In this document: piece by piece, positions 34,328-34,869 of the stretch
How the letters are laid out: each line of letters starts with the position of its first letter
How positions within the stretch are numbered: position 1 is the first letter of the stretch
NCBI GenBank assembly: GCA_035388665.1
Contig: DAOOQF010000002.1
Coordinates: 1-34,869 of the forward strand
Origin: a bacterium
GTDB lineage: Bacteria > Patescibacteriota > Patescibacteriia > Patescibacteriales > UBA12465
Direction: 5' to 3'
DNA: 34,869 nucleotides
Made by a program: the position numbers and the translations under genes
The notes under the pieces: model-generated
Seen by the model: only the letters and a program-made list of their open reading frames with translations
The model's database searches: none
What the model was told of the DNA's origin: nothing

Positions 34328-34486
34328 ATGTCACAAGATAATTTGATAAAATTAGAATGTACTGAATGCAAAAGAATTACTCATAATTCTCACAAAAACA
34401 AGAAAACTTTGAAAGCAGTTCGCTTGGAATTAAGTAAATTTTGTAAATTTTGTAGAAAAAATACTCCTCATAAAGAAACTAAATAA
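34328..34486 (+). CDS. rpmG: 50S ribosomal protein L33 (zinc-ribbon, C+ form)
   Basis: Missing from the ORF track because it is under 60 aa. My translation is MSQDNLIKLECTECKRITHNSHKNKKTLKAVRLELSKFCKFCRKNTPHKETK (52 aa). It has the CxxC..CxxC pairs and the L33 pattern. Confidence 0.85.
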   Translation: MSQDNLIKLECTECKRITHNSHKNKKTLKAVRLELSKFCKFCRKNTPHKETK

Positions 34487-34494
34487 TATTTATA

Positions 34495-34824
34495 ATGAAA
34501 GATAATACTTTCTCCAAATATTTTTTAATATTTTTAGTAATTTTAGCCTCAGTGGCCTGTCTTTTTTTGTTCAGGCCATTTTTGATTGAAATAGTTATAG
34601 CGGCGGTTTTAACTTCGGTCTTTTATTCTATTTTTTTAAAGATTAGTAAATTTTTGCGTGGGAGACGTAAAATTTCAGCCTTGATTATGTGTTTGTCACT
34701 CCTAATTGTTATTATTATGCCTATATCTGGAATTATAGTTTTTTTTAGTAAAAAGGCTCCTATAGCTTATTCCGAAACGGTTATATTTTTAAATCAAATC
34801 AATGGCGGTAGGGATTTTTTAAAT
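34495..34824 (+). CDS. AI-2E/PerM-family (UPF0118) permease, N-terminal fragment only, truncated by the terminal palindrome
   Basis: Hydrophobic N-terminus FLVILASVACLFLFRPFLIEIVIAAVLTSVFYSIF..RGRRKISALIMCLSLLIVIIMPISGIIVF is typical of the family, whose full length is about 340 aa. Residues encoded after about 34824 come from the reverse-complement arm and are not genuine. Confidence 0.5.
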
Positions 34825-34869
34825 GGAGAATTATTTAAAAAATCCCTACCGCCATTGATTTGATTTAAA
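34788..34869. repeat. Perfect 37-bp inverted repeat (fold-back) ending exactly at the window end
   Basis: Left arm 34788-34824 is tttaaatcaaatcaatggcggtagggattttttaaat. Loop is ggagaatt (34825-34832). Right arm 34833-34869 is the exact reverse complement of the left arm. Confidence 0.95.

Noticed and set aside
34788-34869. Terminal palindrome as a genuine hairpin telomere of a linear replicon
   Set aside because: The palindrome sits in the middle of a permease coding sequence and has a non-palindromic 8-nt loop. Neighbouring genes are ordinary chromosomal housekeeping genes. An inverted-chimera or assembly artefact is more parsimonious, but reads are needed to be sure.
1-34869. CRISPR arrays, transposases/IS elements, integrases, toxin-antitoxin pairs, or alternative genetic code (UGA recoding)
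   Set aside because: I saw no regularly spaced short repeats and no DDE-type or tyrosine/serine-recombinase motifs. All conserved genes are intact with UGA as a stop codon.

Overview
This is an AT-rich, very gene-dense bacterial chromosome segment. All ORFs read cleanly in the standard code. The content suggests a small-genome Candidate Phyla Radiation / Patescibacteria-type organism, which is an inference: GspG-like type IV pilins, TrbC/VirB2-like pilin-hairpin proteins, an archaeal-type UMP kinase, RNase Y, two catalytically degenerate enzyme homologues, and start codons that almost never have a Shine-Dalgarno motif. I call 33 protein genes. Two of them are missing from the ORF track: a rel fragment open at the left edge and a 52-aa L33 gene. 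I also call 5 tRNAs (Lys-CTT, Met/Ile2-CAT and Arg-TCG on the minus strand; Thr-GGT and Tyr-GTA on the plus strand), several near-consensus sigma70-type promoters and a few intrinsic terminators. Most genes are housekeeping: recA, pyrH, mscL, ruvC, glgA, ftsK, murE, hup, rny, pgk, eno, gyrB, tpiA, mutM, rpmG. I found no CRISPR array, transposase, integrase or recognisable defence gene. The leads worth a second look are: (1) an 861-aa protein that fuses a VirB2/TrbC-like pilin hairpin to a large Ig-like, Cys-rich ectodomain, with a 144-aa paralogue 29 kb away that carries a G8 tract; (2) two tandem pilin genes whose first 200 nt are almost identical while the 3' parts have diverged; (3) a tRNA-Thr-adjacent SPFH plus NfeD-like two-gene cassette with its own consensus promoter, the only clear AGGAG RBS in the window, and shifted codon usage; (4) a secreted beta-propeller / polytopic membrane protein / catalytically dead HtrA-PDZ trio; (5) an iPGM-like relic in the pgk-eno operon that lacks the transferase domain and the catalytic residues; (6) a glgA-GH57-kinase-PHP cluster; (7) a perfect 37-bp fold-back palindrome that ends the window and truncates a permease gene, which is probably an assembly artefact.
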